DNA of 42,430 nucleotides from Actinomycetota bacterium. Lineage in GTDB: Bacteria; Actinomycetota; Actinomycetes; Actinomycetales; Microbacteriaceae. A model generated the notes under the pieces. The model ran no database searches and was not told the origin of the DNA. It worked only from the letters and a program-made list of their open reading frames with translations. This document shows positions 1 to 9,027 of the stretch, one piece after another (position 1 is the stretch's first letter; every line of letters begins with the position of its first letter). A program made the position numbers and the translations under genes. The stretch covers positions 1 to 42,430 of the forward strand of contig JBEEJV010000047.1 of NCBI GenBank assembly GCA_041169005.1, given 5' to 3'.

Positions 1-47
1 ACCCGGTCAATCTTGGCTGGGGCAAGGCTTAGCCACCCCCGCGGGCT

Positions 48-53
48 TAGACT
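48..53 (+). promoter_or_regulatory. -10 box TAGACT, 6 nt upstream of the gabT ATG (leaderless promoter)
   Basis: TAGACT-taaagc-ATG with no SD; the same geometry recurs at several genes in the window. Confidence 0.7.
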
Positions 54-59
54 TAAAGC

Positions 60-1397
60 ATGAGCGAGTACACCGTCGCGCAGGAGCGCAAACTAGTCAC
101 ATCAATCCCGGGACCTAAGTCCCAGGAACTCCATGCACGTCGCCTGAAAGCCGTATCAAAGGGCGTTGGCGCAGCACTTCCGGTTTACATCGAGCGCGCA
201 AATGGTGCAATCCTCGTTGACATCGATGGCAACCAGCTAATCGACCTCGGTTCGGGCATCGGCGTGGTCTCGATCGGCCACACCAACCAGGGCGTCATCG
301 ACGCAGTTTCGCACCAGGTGACCCAGCTCACCCACACTCTTTTCACCGTGACCCCATACGAGCAGTACGTTGAGGTTTGCGAACTTCTAAACAAGCACAC
401 ACCGGGCGACTTCGAGAAGCGCTCTGCGCTATTCAACTCGGGTTCGGAAGCGGTTGAGAACGCGGTCAAGTTTGCTCGCAAGTTCACCGGCCGCGGCGAG
501 ATCGCAGTATTCGACCACGGTTACCACGGTCGCACCAACCTGACCATGGCCATGAACTTCAAGGCTGCGCCATACGCAACCGGCTTCGGCCCACTTGCCA
601 CCAGCGTCAACCACATCCCAATGTCGTACCCATTCCGCGACCCAGAAGGCATGACCGGCGAAGAGGCTGCAGCCCGCGCCATCAACTACATGGACAAGCG
701 CGTCGGCGGCGACCAGCTTGCGGCGATCGTCATCGAGCCAATCCAGGGTGAGGGCGGTTTCATCGTCCCAGCTCCGGGCTTCCTAACCGCCATCGCTAAG
801 TGGGCAAAGGAACACGGCATCGTCGTTATCGCCGATGAGGTGCAGGCGGGTATCGCTCGTACCGGTCAGTGGTTCGCCAGCGAATATGAGCCGACCTTCG
901 TTCCAGACCTAGTGACCATCGCCAAGGGCATTGCCGGCGGTATGGTCATCTCGGCCGTTACCGGTCGCGCAGACATCATGGATGCAGCTCACCCGGGCGG
1001 CATTGGCGGCACCTTCGGTGGTAACCCAGTTTCGGCTGCGGCTGCTGTTTCGGTTCTCAAGCAGATCGAGGCCGGTGGCGTTCTCGAGTCGGCTCAGCGC
1101 ATCGAGAAGACCCTGAAGGCTCGCCTCGAAGACCTAAAGAACAAGTACGGCGTAGTTGGCGAAGTTCGCGGACGCGGTGCAATGCTTGCTATCGAGTTCG
1201 TCGAAGCCGGCACCCGTAACCCAAACAAGGACCTCACCGACAAGCTCGTGGCTCACTGCCACAAGAACGGTGTTCTAGTGCTGAACGCGGGCACCCACTA
1301 CAACGTCATCCGCTTCTTGCCACCGCTAGTCATCAGCGACGAGTTGCTAAACGATGCAGTCGACGTTCTAGAAGAAGGCATCAAGGCTTTCGCCTAA
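60..1397 (+). CDS. gabT: 4-aminobutyrate--2-oxoglutarate aminotransferase (class III PLP)
   Basis: NSGSEAVENAVK, YHGRT, EPIQGEGG, ADEVQAG, IAKGIAGG (PLP Lys) and GGTFGGNP motifs; polyamine cluster context. Confidence 0.9.
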   Translation: MSEYTVAQERKLVTSIPGPKSQELHARRLKAVSKGVGAALPVYIERANGAILVDIDGNQLIDLGSGIGVVSIGHTNQGVIDAVSHQVTQLTHTLFTVTPYEQYVEVCELLNKHTPGDFEKRSALFNSGSEAVENAVKFARKFTGRGEIAVFDHGYHGRTNLTMAMNFKAAPYATGFGPLATSVNHIPMSYPFRDPEGMTGEEAAARAINYMDKRVGGDQLAAIVIEPIQGEGGFIVPAPGFLTAIAKWAKEHGIVVIADEVQAGIARTGQWFASEYEPTFVPDLVTIAKGIAGGMVISAVTGRADIMDAAHPGGIGGTFGGNPVSAAAAVSVLKQIEAGGVLESAQRIEKTLKARLEDLKNKYGVVGEVRGRGAMLAIEFVEAGTRNPNKDLTDKLVAHCHKNGVLVLNAGTHYNVIRFLPPLVISDELLNDAVDVLEEGIKAFA

Positions 1398-1419
1398 ATC
1401 GCTTGGCCCGCAATCGGGC

Positions 1420-1461
1420 AAATAGTTGAGGCCCCTCCGATTGGAGGGGCCTCAACTATTT
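1420..1461. terminator. Bidirectional intrinsic terminator between convergent gabT and potC
   Basis: Perfect 19-bp inverted repeat AAATAGTTGAGGCCCCTCC-gatt-GGAGGGGCCTCAACTATTT. Confidence 0.9.
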
Positions 1462-1473
1462 AATATTCGAATG

Positions 1474-2280
1474 CTACTTGATAGCCATTAGGCGCTTGTG
1501 GCGAATGCTCGAACCAACCTGGGTGCCGATTACGGTGAGGATGGCCAGCAGGAAGACAGCTGATGCAATTACGTTGGCTTCAGCCGGAACGCCCTTTGCG
1601 GCAGCGATGTAGATCAGCAATGGGAAGGTGTTTACCGGACCGGCGTTGAAGTAGGTGATGATGAAGTCATCGAAACTCAACGCGAATGCCAACAGCGCGG
1701 CCGACATGATGCCCGGCAGCAGGAGCGGGAAGGTGATCTTCCAGAACACCGCGGTTGGGCTAGCGTAAAGGTCGCGGCCGGCTTCTTCGAGCACTGGGTC
1801 GAGGGTCTGAACTCGTGCCTTCACAGTGACTACAACGAAGGAAAGACAGAACATCACGTGCGCCAAAATAATGGTGGTGTAACCGTACCCAGCACCCACG
1901 TTGAAGAACAGGCTGGCCAAACCGGCACCCATCACGACCTCAGGGGTGGCCATCGGCAGGAACAGCGAAAGGCTCACGAGGCTACGCGCCTTGAAGCGGT
2001 AGCGAACCAAAGCGATAGCGATGGCGGTTCCCAATACGGTTGCCACAAGAGTGGAGACAATTCCGATGAAGAGCGAGTTACCTACGGCCTCACAGATGCC
2101 AGGGCGCTCGCAGACGTGCAACCACTTGTCGAGGGTGAAGCCCTGCCAGGTGGTGTTGGTGCGTCCGGTCGAATCGTTGAATGAGAAGAAGATTGTGTAG
2201 ACGATTGGAATCAGCAGGTATGCCAATGCGATGAGCGAGTACACAGGCAAGACCAACTTGCCAAGCTTCAGCTGCTTCAA
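1474..2280 (-). CDS. potC: Polyamine ABC transporter permease (PotC-like)
   Basis: Hydrophobic; EAA loop LEEAGRDLYAS; SFDDF motif. Confidence 0.85.
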   Translation of the reverse strand: MKQLKLGKLVLPVYSLIALAYLLIPIVYTIFFSFNDSTGRTNTTWQGFTLDKWLHVCERPGICEAVGNSLFIGIVSTLVATVLGTAIAIALVRYRFKARSLVSLSLFLPMATPEVVMGAGLASLFFNVGAGYGYTTIILAHVMFCLSFVVVTVKARVQTLDPVLEEAGRDLYASPTAVFWKITFPLLLPGIMSAALLAFALSFDDFIITYFNAGPVNTFPLLIYIAAAKGVPAEANVIASAVFLLAILTVIGTQVGSSIRHKRLMAIK

Positions 2281-3188
2281 AGTAGGTCCTCCGTTCCGGT
2301 TCGCTTCACATAGAACACGACGATGAGCAAAATTACGGCCATCAGCACGGCTGAAAGCGCCGAGGCTGCCGGGTAGTCGCTGTTCTGCAGGAAGTCTGCC
2401 TGAACCATGTTTCCAATCATCGATGTTGAAGATGAACCGAGGAAGTCTCGACTGGCGTTCACATAGTCGCCGGTGATTGGGATGAAGGTAAGCAGGGTTC
2501 CACTGATGATGCCTGGCATGGTCAGCGGCAAGGTCACACGACGGAATACCGAAAACGGCGAGGCATAGAGGTCGCCAGCGGCTTCAATCAGACGAAGGTC
2601 GAGACGCTCGAGCACACCGTAGAGCGGAAGAACCATGAACGGAATGAAGTTGTAAGTCAAACCCCAGACGACCGCAAACGGGGTACCCAAGAAATACTGG
2701 TCTGGCGCCAGCAGATGAAGGCTTCGAAGGAAGTTAAGAGTTGGTGAATCATCCGAGAGGATCTGCTTCCAGGCGATAGTACGAAGCAAGAACGAGATGA
2801 AGAATGGTGCAGTGACTAGAGTCAGGGTCAGCTTTTGAAGCAGTGGGCGGCTGCGAAGGCGGACACCGATGAAGTAGGCCAACGGGTAAGCGATTACTAG
2901 CGCGAAAACAGTCGAAAGGAACGCGTAGCCGAACGAGCGCATGATCTGCGGGAAGTACGAGGTCACAACTCTCTGATAGGAGCTGAAATCGACTGCATAG
3001 TCGTATGCGCCGTATGCTCCAGAAGCCGCGGGCGTTTCAAGCGAAGTGATTAGCAGCGAAACCAGCGGAATCATGAAGAACATCGCAAGGTAGAGCATGC
3101 CCGGAAGCAGCAGCGCTAGAACAATGCGCGATGACTTTACCGGTGCGCCCTGAACCTTAGCGGTGCCCGAAAAACCTGCGAAGGCCAT
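2277..3188 (-). CDS. potB: Polyamine ABC transporter permease (PotB-like)
   Basis: YPLAY, PFMVLPLY, EAA loop LIEAAGDLYAS; overlaps potC by 4 nt. Confidence 0.85.
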   Translation of the reverse strand: MAFAGFSGTAKVQGAPVKSSRIVLALLLPGMLYLAMFFMIPLVSLLITSLETPAASGAYGAYDYAVDFSSYQRVVTSYFPQIMRSFGYAFLSTVFALVIAYPLAYFIGVRLRSRPLLQKLTLTLVTAPFFISFLLRTIAWKQILSDDSPTLNFLRSLHLLAPDQYFLGTPFAVVWGLTYNFIPFMVLPLYGVLERLDLRLIEAAGDLYASPFSVFRRVTLPLTMPGIISGTLLTFIPITGDYVNASRDFLGSSSTSMIGNMVQADFLQNSDYPAASALSAVLMAVILLIVVFYVKRTGTEDLL

Positions 3189-3191
3189 CGG

Positions 3192-4310
3192 TTAGTCCTC
3201 GTCGCCGGCAGGAAGATCGGCAAGACCAAACGCGTGTTCAATCTTGAAGGAAACCCAAACCTTCTCACCAAGCTCAATGACGGGGCTAATTCCAACGTTC
3301 TGAGCGAAAACAATGATGTCGCCGATGTTTGGAATCTCGATGAGGTACTGGTTGCTCACGCCGGTGAAGCGAATGTCCTTGATGGTGCCTGGGCCGAGGA
3401 TGTTGCGCTCCGCAGAAGCGGCTGGCTGCTCGCGGTGGAACTCGGCCTTTTCTGGACGAACACCGATGGCAATCTTCCCGGAGGTCTTCTCTGCGCGAGC
3501 GGTTGGGACGCTGATCTTGTTGCCGGCAACATTGATGCTGATCGAGTTAGCCGACTGCTCTGCGATCTCGCCAACAAAGATGTTGGACTGCCCTAGGAAC
3601 TTTGCCACGAACGAGGTCTTTGGGCGCTCATAAAGCGACTCTGGGGCACCCATTTGCTCGATGCGGCCCTTGTTCATAACCGCAACCGTGTCCGCCATAT
3701 CCATGGCTTCTTCCTGGTCGTGGGTGACGTGCAAGAAGGTTAGGCCAACTTCCATCTGGATGGCCTTCAGCTCAATCTGCATCTGGCGGCGAAGCTTGAG
3801 GTCTAGTGCACCCAGAGGCTCGTCGAGAAGTAGCAACGATGGGCGGTTGACCAGAGCACGGGCCAATGCCACACGCTGCTGCTGGCCGCCGGATAGCTGC
3901 TGCGGACGACGCTCTGCCGCGTAGCCAAGCTCAACCAGGTTGAGGGCATCGCGTGCCTTGCCAAGCGGGTCGGCAATCTTGCGCTGACGTAGACCGAAAG
4001 CAACATTCTCAAGAATGGTCATGTGTGGGAAGAGCGCGTACGACTGGAAAACAGTGTTTACCGGACGCTCGTGCGGCTTGGTGTAGGTGACATCCTGGCC
4101 ACCGATGAGCACCTGCCCACGAGTTGGCTCTTCTAGACCCGCAATGATGCGCAGGGTTGTAGTCTTACCGCAACCCGATGGGCCGAGTAGTGCGAAGAAT
4201 TCGCCCGCTGGGATGTGTAAATCTAGATCCTCGATTGCAGTGAAACCAGGGAACTCCTTGCGGATACCCCTAAGTTCTAGGTCTGCGCCAGCTGGAACGA
4301 ACTCCTTCAA
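3192..4310 (-). CDS. potA: Polyamine ABC transporter ATP-binding protein (PotA-like)
   Basis: Walker A GPSGCGKT, FQSYALFPH, LSGGQQQR, LLLLDEP, VTHDQEEA; TTG start directly after the potD stop. Confidence 0.9.
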   Translation of the reverse strand: MKEFVPAGADLELRGIRKEFPGFTAIEDLDLHIPAGEFFALLGPSGCGKTTTLRIIAGLEEPTRGQVLIGGQDVTYTKPHERPVNTVFQSYALFPHMTILENVAFGLRQRKIADPLGKARDALNLVELGYAAERRPQQLSGGQQQRVALARALVNRPSLLLLDEPLGALDLKLRRQMQIELKAIQMEVGLTFLHVTHDQEEAMDMADTVAVMNKGRIEQMGAPESLYERPKTSFVAKFLGQSNIFVGEIAEQSANSISINVAGNKISVPTARAEKTSGKIAIGVRPEKAEFHREQPAASAERNILGPGTIKDIRFTGVSNQYLIEIPNIGDIIVFAQNVGISPVIELGEKVWVSFKIEHAFGLADLPAGDED

Positions 4311-5534
4311 CTACACAACTCCGTTCGATGCGTCGGACCACGCCTTGCTGAAGGTGTTGTCTTCCTTCGACGAAAGCGGACGGAACTGCTTTAGGCGAGT
4401 CTTGTCCTTAGGGAAGATGAGCTCGTTTGAACCAATCGATGGGTTCTTGGCGGCTGCGATCTCCTGTGCACCAAGCACTGGTGGAACGTAGAACACACCA
4501 GCGAGTGCAAGCTGAGCTGCGACCTCAGGCTGGAAGTAGTAGTTCATTAGAGCCTCAGCGTTTGCTGCGTGAGGCGAACCCATAGGGATGAGGAAGTTGT
4601 CGCAGGCGAAGGTGCTACCCGACTCTGGGAGGACTACACCCAGGACGTCTCCTCCAAGCTCCTGGTTGGTGCTAACAACGTCGCCAGCCCAAACAATACC
4701 TGCAACTGCGTCACCGTTCTTTAGGTCGTCAACATAGCTGTTGCCCTTGATGCCGCGAATCTGGCCATCCTTGACGAGTTTCTTGAACTCATCCAGGGTG
4801 TTGTTGAAATCATCTTCAGTGAATGCAGAGATGTCGATGCCCTTTGCAAGCATCATGACACCTAAGGTGTCGCGCATCTCGGAAAGAACCACTACCTTGC
4901 CCTTGAGCTCAGGAGCCCATAGGTCGGCAACTGTCTGCGGCGCATCCTTGCCGGTCAGCTTCTTGTAGTTTTCCTTGTGGTAACCGATGCCGGCGGTGAT
5001 GCCCTTCCATGGCAGCGAGTGCGCACGGTCTGGGTCGTACGACCAAGCAGACCCCTTGAAGTAAGGGTCTAGATTCTTGGTTACCTGAGGCAAGTTCTTG
5101 TAGTTCAATTCCTGAACGAGACCGCTGTTGATTAGGCGGGCCGCCATCCAGTCAGTTAGACAGAATGTGTCCGCACCGGTGTCCTTGCCCTGACCAAGCT
5201 GGTTCTTGATGCGGGCGTAGTAAGTGTTGTTGTCATCAATGTTGATGTTGTAGTGCACCTTGATGCCGGTCTGCTGCTCGAAAGCTTTGATCGATGGGAA
5301 CGAAGAGTCCGATTCGCCATCCATGTAGTACGGCCAGTTGTCCCAGGTGACTACGTGCTCATCAGCCGAGAGGTCCTCTGCTGGGCTGAGACGTTTCGCC
5401 CCTCCAGGCGAGCAAGCTGCCAGCGTAAGCGCACCTGCCGCAACACCCGCACCGGCAAGAACGGTACGTCGAGTTACAGGGCTTTTTGCGAGCTGGATAA
5501 GGTCGCGAAGCATTGGGTCTTGAGTATTAGTCAT
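4311..5534 (-). CDS. potD: Polyamine ABC transporter substrate-binding protein, predicted Tat-exported lipoprotein
   Basis: TRRTVL twin-arginine motif, LAAC lipobox, NWPYY, EMRDT, WAGD; SD AAGGAG upstream. Confidence 0.85.
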   Translation of the reverse strand: MTNTQDPMLRDLIQLAKSPVTRRTVLAGAGVAAGALTLAACSPGGAKRLSPAEDLSADEHVVTWDNWPYYMDGESDSSFPSIKAFEQQTGIKVHYNINIDDNNTYYARIKNQLGQGKDTGADTFCLTDWMAARLINSGLVQELNYKNLPQVTKNLDPYFKGSAWSYDPDRAHSLPWKGITAGIGYHKENYKKLTGKDAPQTVADLWAPELKGKVVVLSEMRDTLGVMMLAKGIDISAFTEDDFNNTLDEFKKLVKDGQIRGIKGNSYVDDLKNGDAVAGIVWAGDVVSTNQELGGDVLGVVLPESGSTFACDNFLIPMGSPHAANAEALMNYYFQPEVAAQLALAGVFYVPPVLGAQEIAAAKNPSIGSNELIFPKDKTRLKQFRPLSSKEDNTFSKAWSDASNGVV

Positions 5535-5616
5535 GTGATGCCGACTCCTTGAATAGTTAGGGACTTAATGCCCAACCAGCAGAGATGGCCGCTTACGCGC
5601 CCAAGACAAAATACTG

Positions 5617-5725
5617 CCACATTTTTTGTTGTTTTAGCACCAAAATTCAGCGGTATTCCCACGCGGTTATTCGAAGGAACTGCTGAAATCGTAGATATTC
5701 GATGGCAATGCGGCGGAATCCGTCG
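5617..5725. promoter_or_regulatory. Four imperfect 15-bp palindromes phased at ~31 bp (putative Lrp/AsnC operator array of the potD operon)
   Basis: CCACATTTTTTGTTG 5617-5631, CAGCGGTATTCCCAC 5648-5662, CTGCTGAAATCGTAG 5680-5694, CGGCGGAATCCGTCG 5711-5725. Confidence 0.45.
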
Positions 5726-6845
5726 ATTTTGAGCCTGCTGAGTTTCCATTTGGGGCATGCGGGACAATTTTGGGCTCGAGAAAATTCTTTTTGTTGATTA
5801 TTCCCGCACTGGAGAAGGTGAATCTCAACTGGCGGCGATTGGTAGCCATGATGGCGGAAGCCCAGCCTTCGACAGGCGCGGCAGCGACACCTTCCAGACG
5901 CCCCATCCCCAACTGCGCCATCTCAACCGGGTCTGGTTTGCCGACCAGAAACCGTGCGCCTAGGTTACTCAGAAGGTTTCGAGGAATTCCGGAAAGCGAC
6001 TGCCCCGTGACCAACAGGTGCACTCCGAGGGAACGTCCTCTACTCGCGATGGCATCAAGCACCCCGACAGCGCCGGACGTAGACAGCAGTGGCAGAACCT
6101 CGTCCACCACAACTAGCAACCTGGGTGGAAGACGCTGAGTTGGAAGGTCCTGGATTCGGCTCAGACCTTCGGCGGCAAGCATTTGCTCACGCTGGACGAG
6201 CTCGAGTGAAATTTCATTCAACAGGCTTGCAGCGTTTTGGTCTAAATCAGTTGCAAAACCGCGTGATTGTGGCGATCGCGAAAAGGGGCCAAGGCAGGCG
6301 CCTCCCTTATAGTCGAACAAAGCCAGTGCAAGTTGAGTTGGATCGTATGCCTCGCACAGTGACCTGAGCCATCCGGTCAAAAGTTGTGATTTGCCGCTGC
6401 CCGTTGCCCCGATGATAACTCCGTGAAAACCCTCCTCAACCAGATCGAGTTCGAGTGGAGTGGTCGAATCAAACCCTAGCCAGGCGCTCAGGCCCAGCGG
6501 ATTTATCTGTATCGCTGTAAGCGATGCGGAGATTTTTTCATTCAGCGAGATAGCGGAATTGCGATCGGCAACTTGTCGCTCCACCTCTTGATAAACGCGG
6601 TCAATCCAGTCGGTTTTCCATCGCCACTCGGCCTTAGGGAGGATCTGATTTCCAATGGCAACTCGGTCGCCACTAAACCACAACGGATCGTTCGGGCCAA
6701 CTTGCCGCTTTCGATTCTGGAAGAAGAAGTTCAGGACCATCGTGATGCAACTAAGTGCACCGAAAATGATTCCGACGAACTGACCCGTGGTTACCCAAAG
6801 GTAAATACCGTAGCCGAGCGATGGCAGTATCCAGAGCAGTTGCAT
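5667..6845 (-). CDS. Membrane-anchored single-domain FtsK/SpoIIIE ATPase (resembles EccC/EssC ATPase-1)
   Basis: Two N-terminal hydrophobic helices; Walker A GATGSGKS, FDYKGG, Walker B VVVDE, GRSLGVHL. Start moved to ATG 6845 because the GTG at 6893 sits at the upstream terminator. Confidence 0.75.
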   Translation of the reverse strand: MQLLWILPSLGYGIYLWVTTGQFVGIIFGALSCITMVLNFFFQNRKRQVGPNDPLWFSGDRVAIGNQILPKAEWRWKTDWIDRVYQEVERQVADRNSAISLNEKISASLTAIQINPLGLSAWLGFDSTTPLELDLVEEGFHGVIIGATGSGKSQLLTGWLRSLCEAYDPTQLALALFDYKGGACLGPFSRSPQSRGFATDLDQNAASLLNEISLELVQREQMLAAEGLSRIQDLPTQRLPPRLLVVVDEVLPLLSTSGAVGVLDAIASRGRSLGVHLLVTGQSLSGIPRNLLSNLGARFLVGKPDPVEMAQLGMGRLEGVAAAPVEGWASAIMATNRRQLRFTFSSAGIINKKNFLEPKIVPHAPNGNSAGSKSTDSAALPSNIYDFSSSFE

Positions 6846-6853
6846 CTGCCGAT

Positions 6854-6890
6854 AAAAACAGAATAACCGGTCATCCGTGAGGACAACCGG
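6854..6890 (-). terminator. Intrinsic terminator after the aldehyde dehydrogenase gene
   Basis: Minus strand CCGGTTGTCC-tcac-GGATGACCGG followed by TTATTCTGTTTTT. Confidence 0.55.
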
Positions 6891-6910
6891 CACTTCTGTT
6901 GATAACTGAC

Positions 6911-8344
6911 CTAACCGATGAAGCTCATAACATGCTTAATTCGGGTGTAGTCCTCGAAGCCATACTGCGAAAGGTCTTTTCCGTAACCCGAGTGGCGGAA
7001 TCCGCCATGAGGCATTTCAGCAACTAGCGGGATGTGGGTGTTGATCCAGACACAGCCGAAGTTAAGTGCCTTCGAGAAGCGCATCGCGCGGCCGTGGTCA
7101 CGAGTCCAAACCGACGATGCCAAACCGTACTTCACATCATTCGCCCAGCGCAGCGCCTCGGAGTCATCTGAGAATTTCTGAACGGTGATGACCGGGCCGA
7201 AGATCTCCGACTGGATTGCCTCGTCCTTCTGCTGCAGACCGGAAACAACAGTGGCCTCGTGGAAGTAACCAGGGCCGACGATGGCGTTGCCACCGATCTC
7301 AATATTTGCGTGGTCTGGCAAGCGCGAGATGAATCCTGAGACACGTTCGAGCTGAGAAGAGTTGTTCAGTGGGCCGAACAGAATGTCCTCGCGCGAAGGG
7401 TCTCCAGTGAGCGCATTCGCAGCAACCTCAGCTTTGACCAGTGCAATGAACTCATCGTGGACGGACTCGTGAACTAGCACGCGGGTGGCCGCGGTGCAGT
7501 CCTGACCTCCGTTGAAATAACCGGCGATGACGATCTGAGCAGCGGCGGCGGCGAGGTCAGCATCCGCGAATACGATTACCGGAGCCTTTCCACCGAGTTC
7601 TAGGTGAACGCGCTTTAGGTCAGACGCGGCACCCTTGGCGACTTCCATGCCGGCGCGAACCGAACCTGTAATCGAAACCAGCTGTGGGATTTCGTTATCG
7701 ATCATGGCTCGACCTGTATCGCGGTCGCCGGTGATGACGTTTAGCACGCCGGCTGGCAGGAATTCGGCTGCAACCTCGGCCAAGAGCAAGGTGCTCATCG
7801 GAGTTGTGTCACTCGGCTTGATCACCGTGGTGTTTCCGGCGGCAAGCGCAGGGGCAAACTTCCAGGTTGCCATGTTCAACGGATAGTTCCAAGGTGTGAC
7901 CTGGCCAACAACTCCAATAGGCTCGCGGCGGATCCACGAGGTGTGGTCCGCCATGTATTCGCCAGCAGATCGCCCCTCAAGGTTGCGGGCAGCTCCGGCG
8001 AAGAATCGAATCTGATCTACCGAGACAGCGATCTCGTATTCGACGAGTGTCGAACGTGGCTTTCCGCAGTTTTCACTTTCGACGTCGGCGAATTCTTCGG
8101 CTCTAGCCTCCATCGCATCTGCAATCCGGAATAAAGCTAACTGGCGCTCAGCCGGGGTGGTGTTCCCCCAGGTTTCGAATGCCTTTTCGGCTGCCTTGAA
8201 TGCGGCATCAACATCGGATGCACTCGACACCGGGGCCTGAGCGTAGACCTCTCCGGTAGCCGGATTGATGACTTCGCTGAACTCACCTGATGTGGCCGAG
8301 ACGAACTCACCATTTACAAAATTCTTCAGTTCTCGCACTGCCAC
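6911..8344 (-). CDS. patD: Gamma-aminobutyraldehyde dehydrogenase
   Basis: TPWNYP, KPS, ITGS, catalytic LELGGK, NGGQDC, EIFGPV, EMPHGGF..SGYGKD. Start revised to GTG 8344 with SD GAAGGAGAG. Confidence 0.88.
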   Translation of the reverse strand: MAVRELKNFVNGEFVSATSGEFSEVINPATGEVYAQAPVSSASDVDAAFKAAEKAFETWGNTTPAERQLALFRIADAMEARAEEFADVESENCGKPRSTLVEYEIAVSVDQIRFFAGAARNLEGRSAGEYMADHTSWIRREPIGVVGQVTPWNYPLNMATWKFAPALAAGNTTVIKPSDTTPMSTLLLAEVAAEFLPAGVLNVITGDRDTGRAMIDNEIPQLVSITGSVRAGMEVAKGAASDLKRVHLELGGKAPVIVFADADLAAAAAQIVIAGYFNGGQDCTAATRVLVHESVHDEFIALVKAEVAANALTGDPSREDILFGPLNNSSQLERVSGFISRLPDHANIEIGGNAIVGPGYFHEATVVSGLQQKDEAIQSEIFGPVITVQKFSDDSEALRWANDVKYGLASSVWTRDHGRAMRFSKALNFGCVWINTHIPLVAEMPHGGFRHSGYGKDLSQYGFEDYTRIKHVMSFIG

Positions 8345-8505
8345 GACAACTCTCCTTCGAGTACCAACTTGGGGTGTCTCAATACTAACCAGTCTCAAGG
8401 TGAACGAAATGGTAATCCGAAGCAAATTAAGCCTAGAAGCTAACGAATACGCATCGAAATCGGCGTTTCGCAACTGATTCTTTTGCAAAAACGCCTTTTG
8501 GCTGG

Positions 8506-8511
8506 CAATAT
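8506..8511 (+). promoter_or_regulatory. Extended -10 (TGg-CAATAT) 6 nt upstream of the lrp ATG (leaderless)
   Basis: TGG CAATAT cgtcat ATG. Confidence 0.45.
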
Positions 8512-8517
8512 CGTCAT

Positions 8518-8991
8518 ATGTCCCGCATGTTACGAGCAAAAGCTAGCCAGCTTGATGATGTTTCAAAGTCCATCATCGAGCAGCTACAGCATGATGGCCG
8601 CAAGTCATACGCGGAAATCGGCAAAGCGGTAGGCCTCTCCGAGGCAGCAGTGCGCCAAAGGGTTCAGAAACTTACCGAATCCGGCGTCATGCAGGTGGTG
8701 GCGGTAACTGACCCGATGCAGCTTGGCTTTTACCGCCAGGCAATGATTGGTGTTCGCTGCGGCGGCGACACCCGCGAGATTGCCGAAAAGCTGGCCCAAC
8801 TGCCGGCAGTTGACTACGTGGTTCTGACCGCGGGAAGTTTTGACATTTTGGTTGAAGTGGTTTGCGAGAACGATGAAGATCTCATAAACCTCCTCAATGC
8901 AAAGATCCGGACGCTGCCCGGAGTGACTTCGACGGAGACATTCGTCTACCTCAAGTTGCACAAGCAGTTCTACAACTGGGGAACCAGATAG
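8518..8991 (+). CDS. Lrp/AsnC family transcriptional regulator
   Basis: [33 protein letters not shown] plus RAM domain; divergent from patD. Confidence 0.92.
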   Translation: MSRMLRAKASQLDDVSKSIIEQLQHDGRKSYAEIGKAVGLSEAAVRQRVQKLTESGVMQVVAVTDPMQLGFYRQAMIGVRCGGDTREIAEKLAQLPAVDYVVLTAGSFDILVEVVCENDEDLINLLNAKIRTLPGVTSTETFVYLKLHKQFYNWGTR

Positions 8992-9027
8992 GTTCCCAAA
9001 AAACCAAACAAGTAAAGAGTGATACCA

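Noticed and set aside
5531-5767. 78-aa minus-strand ORF between the FtsK-like gene and potD
   Set aside because: Covers the potD promoter/operator region; no SD and no recognisable motif
8345-8539. 65-aa N-terminal extension of the aldehyde dehydrogenase in the ORF track
   Set aside because: Spans the divergent promoter region and overlaps lrp; a strong SD precedes GTG 8344
8797-8812. Perfect 16-bp palindrome CAACTGCCGGCAGTTG inside lrp
   Set aside because: Lies in ordinary coding sequence (QLPAV), single copy, no supporting context
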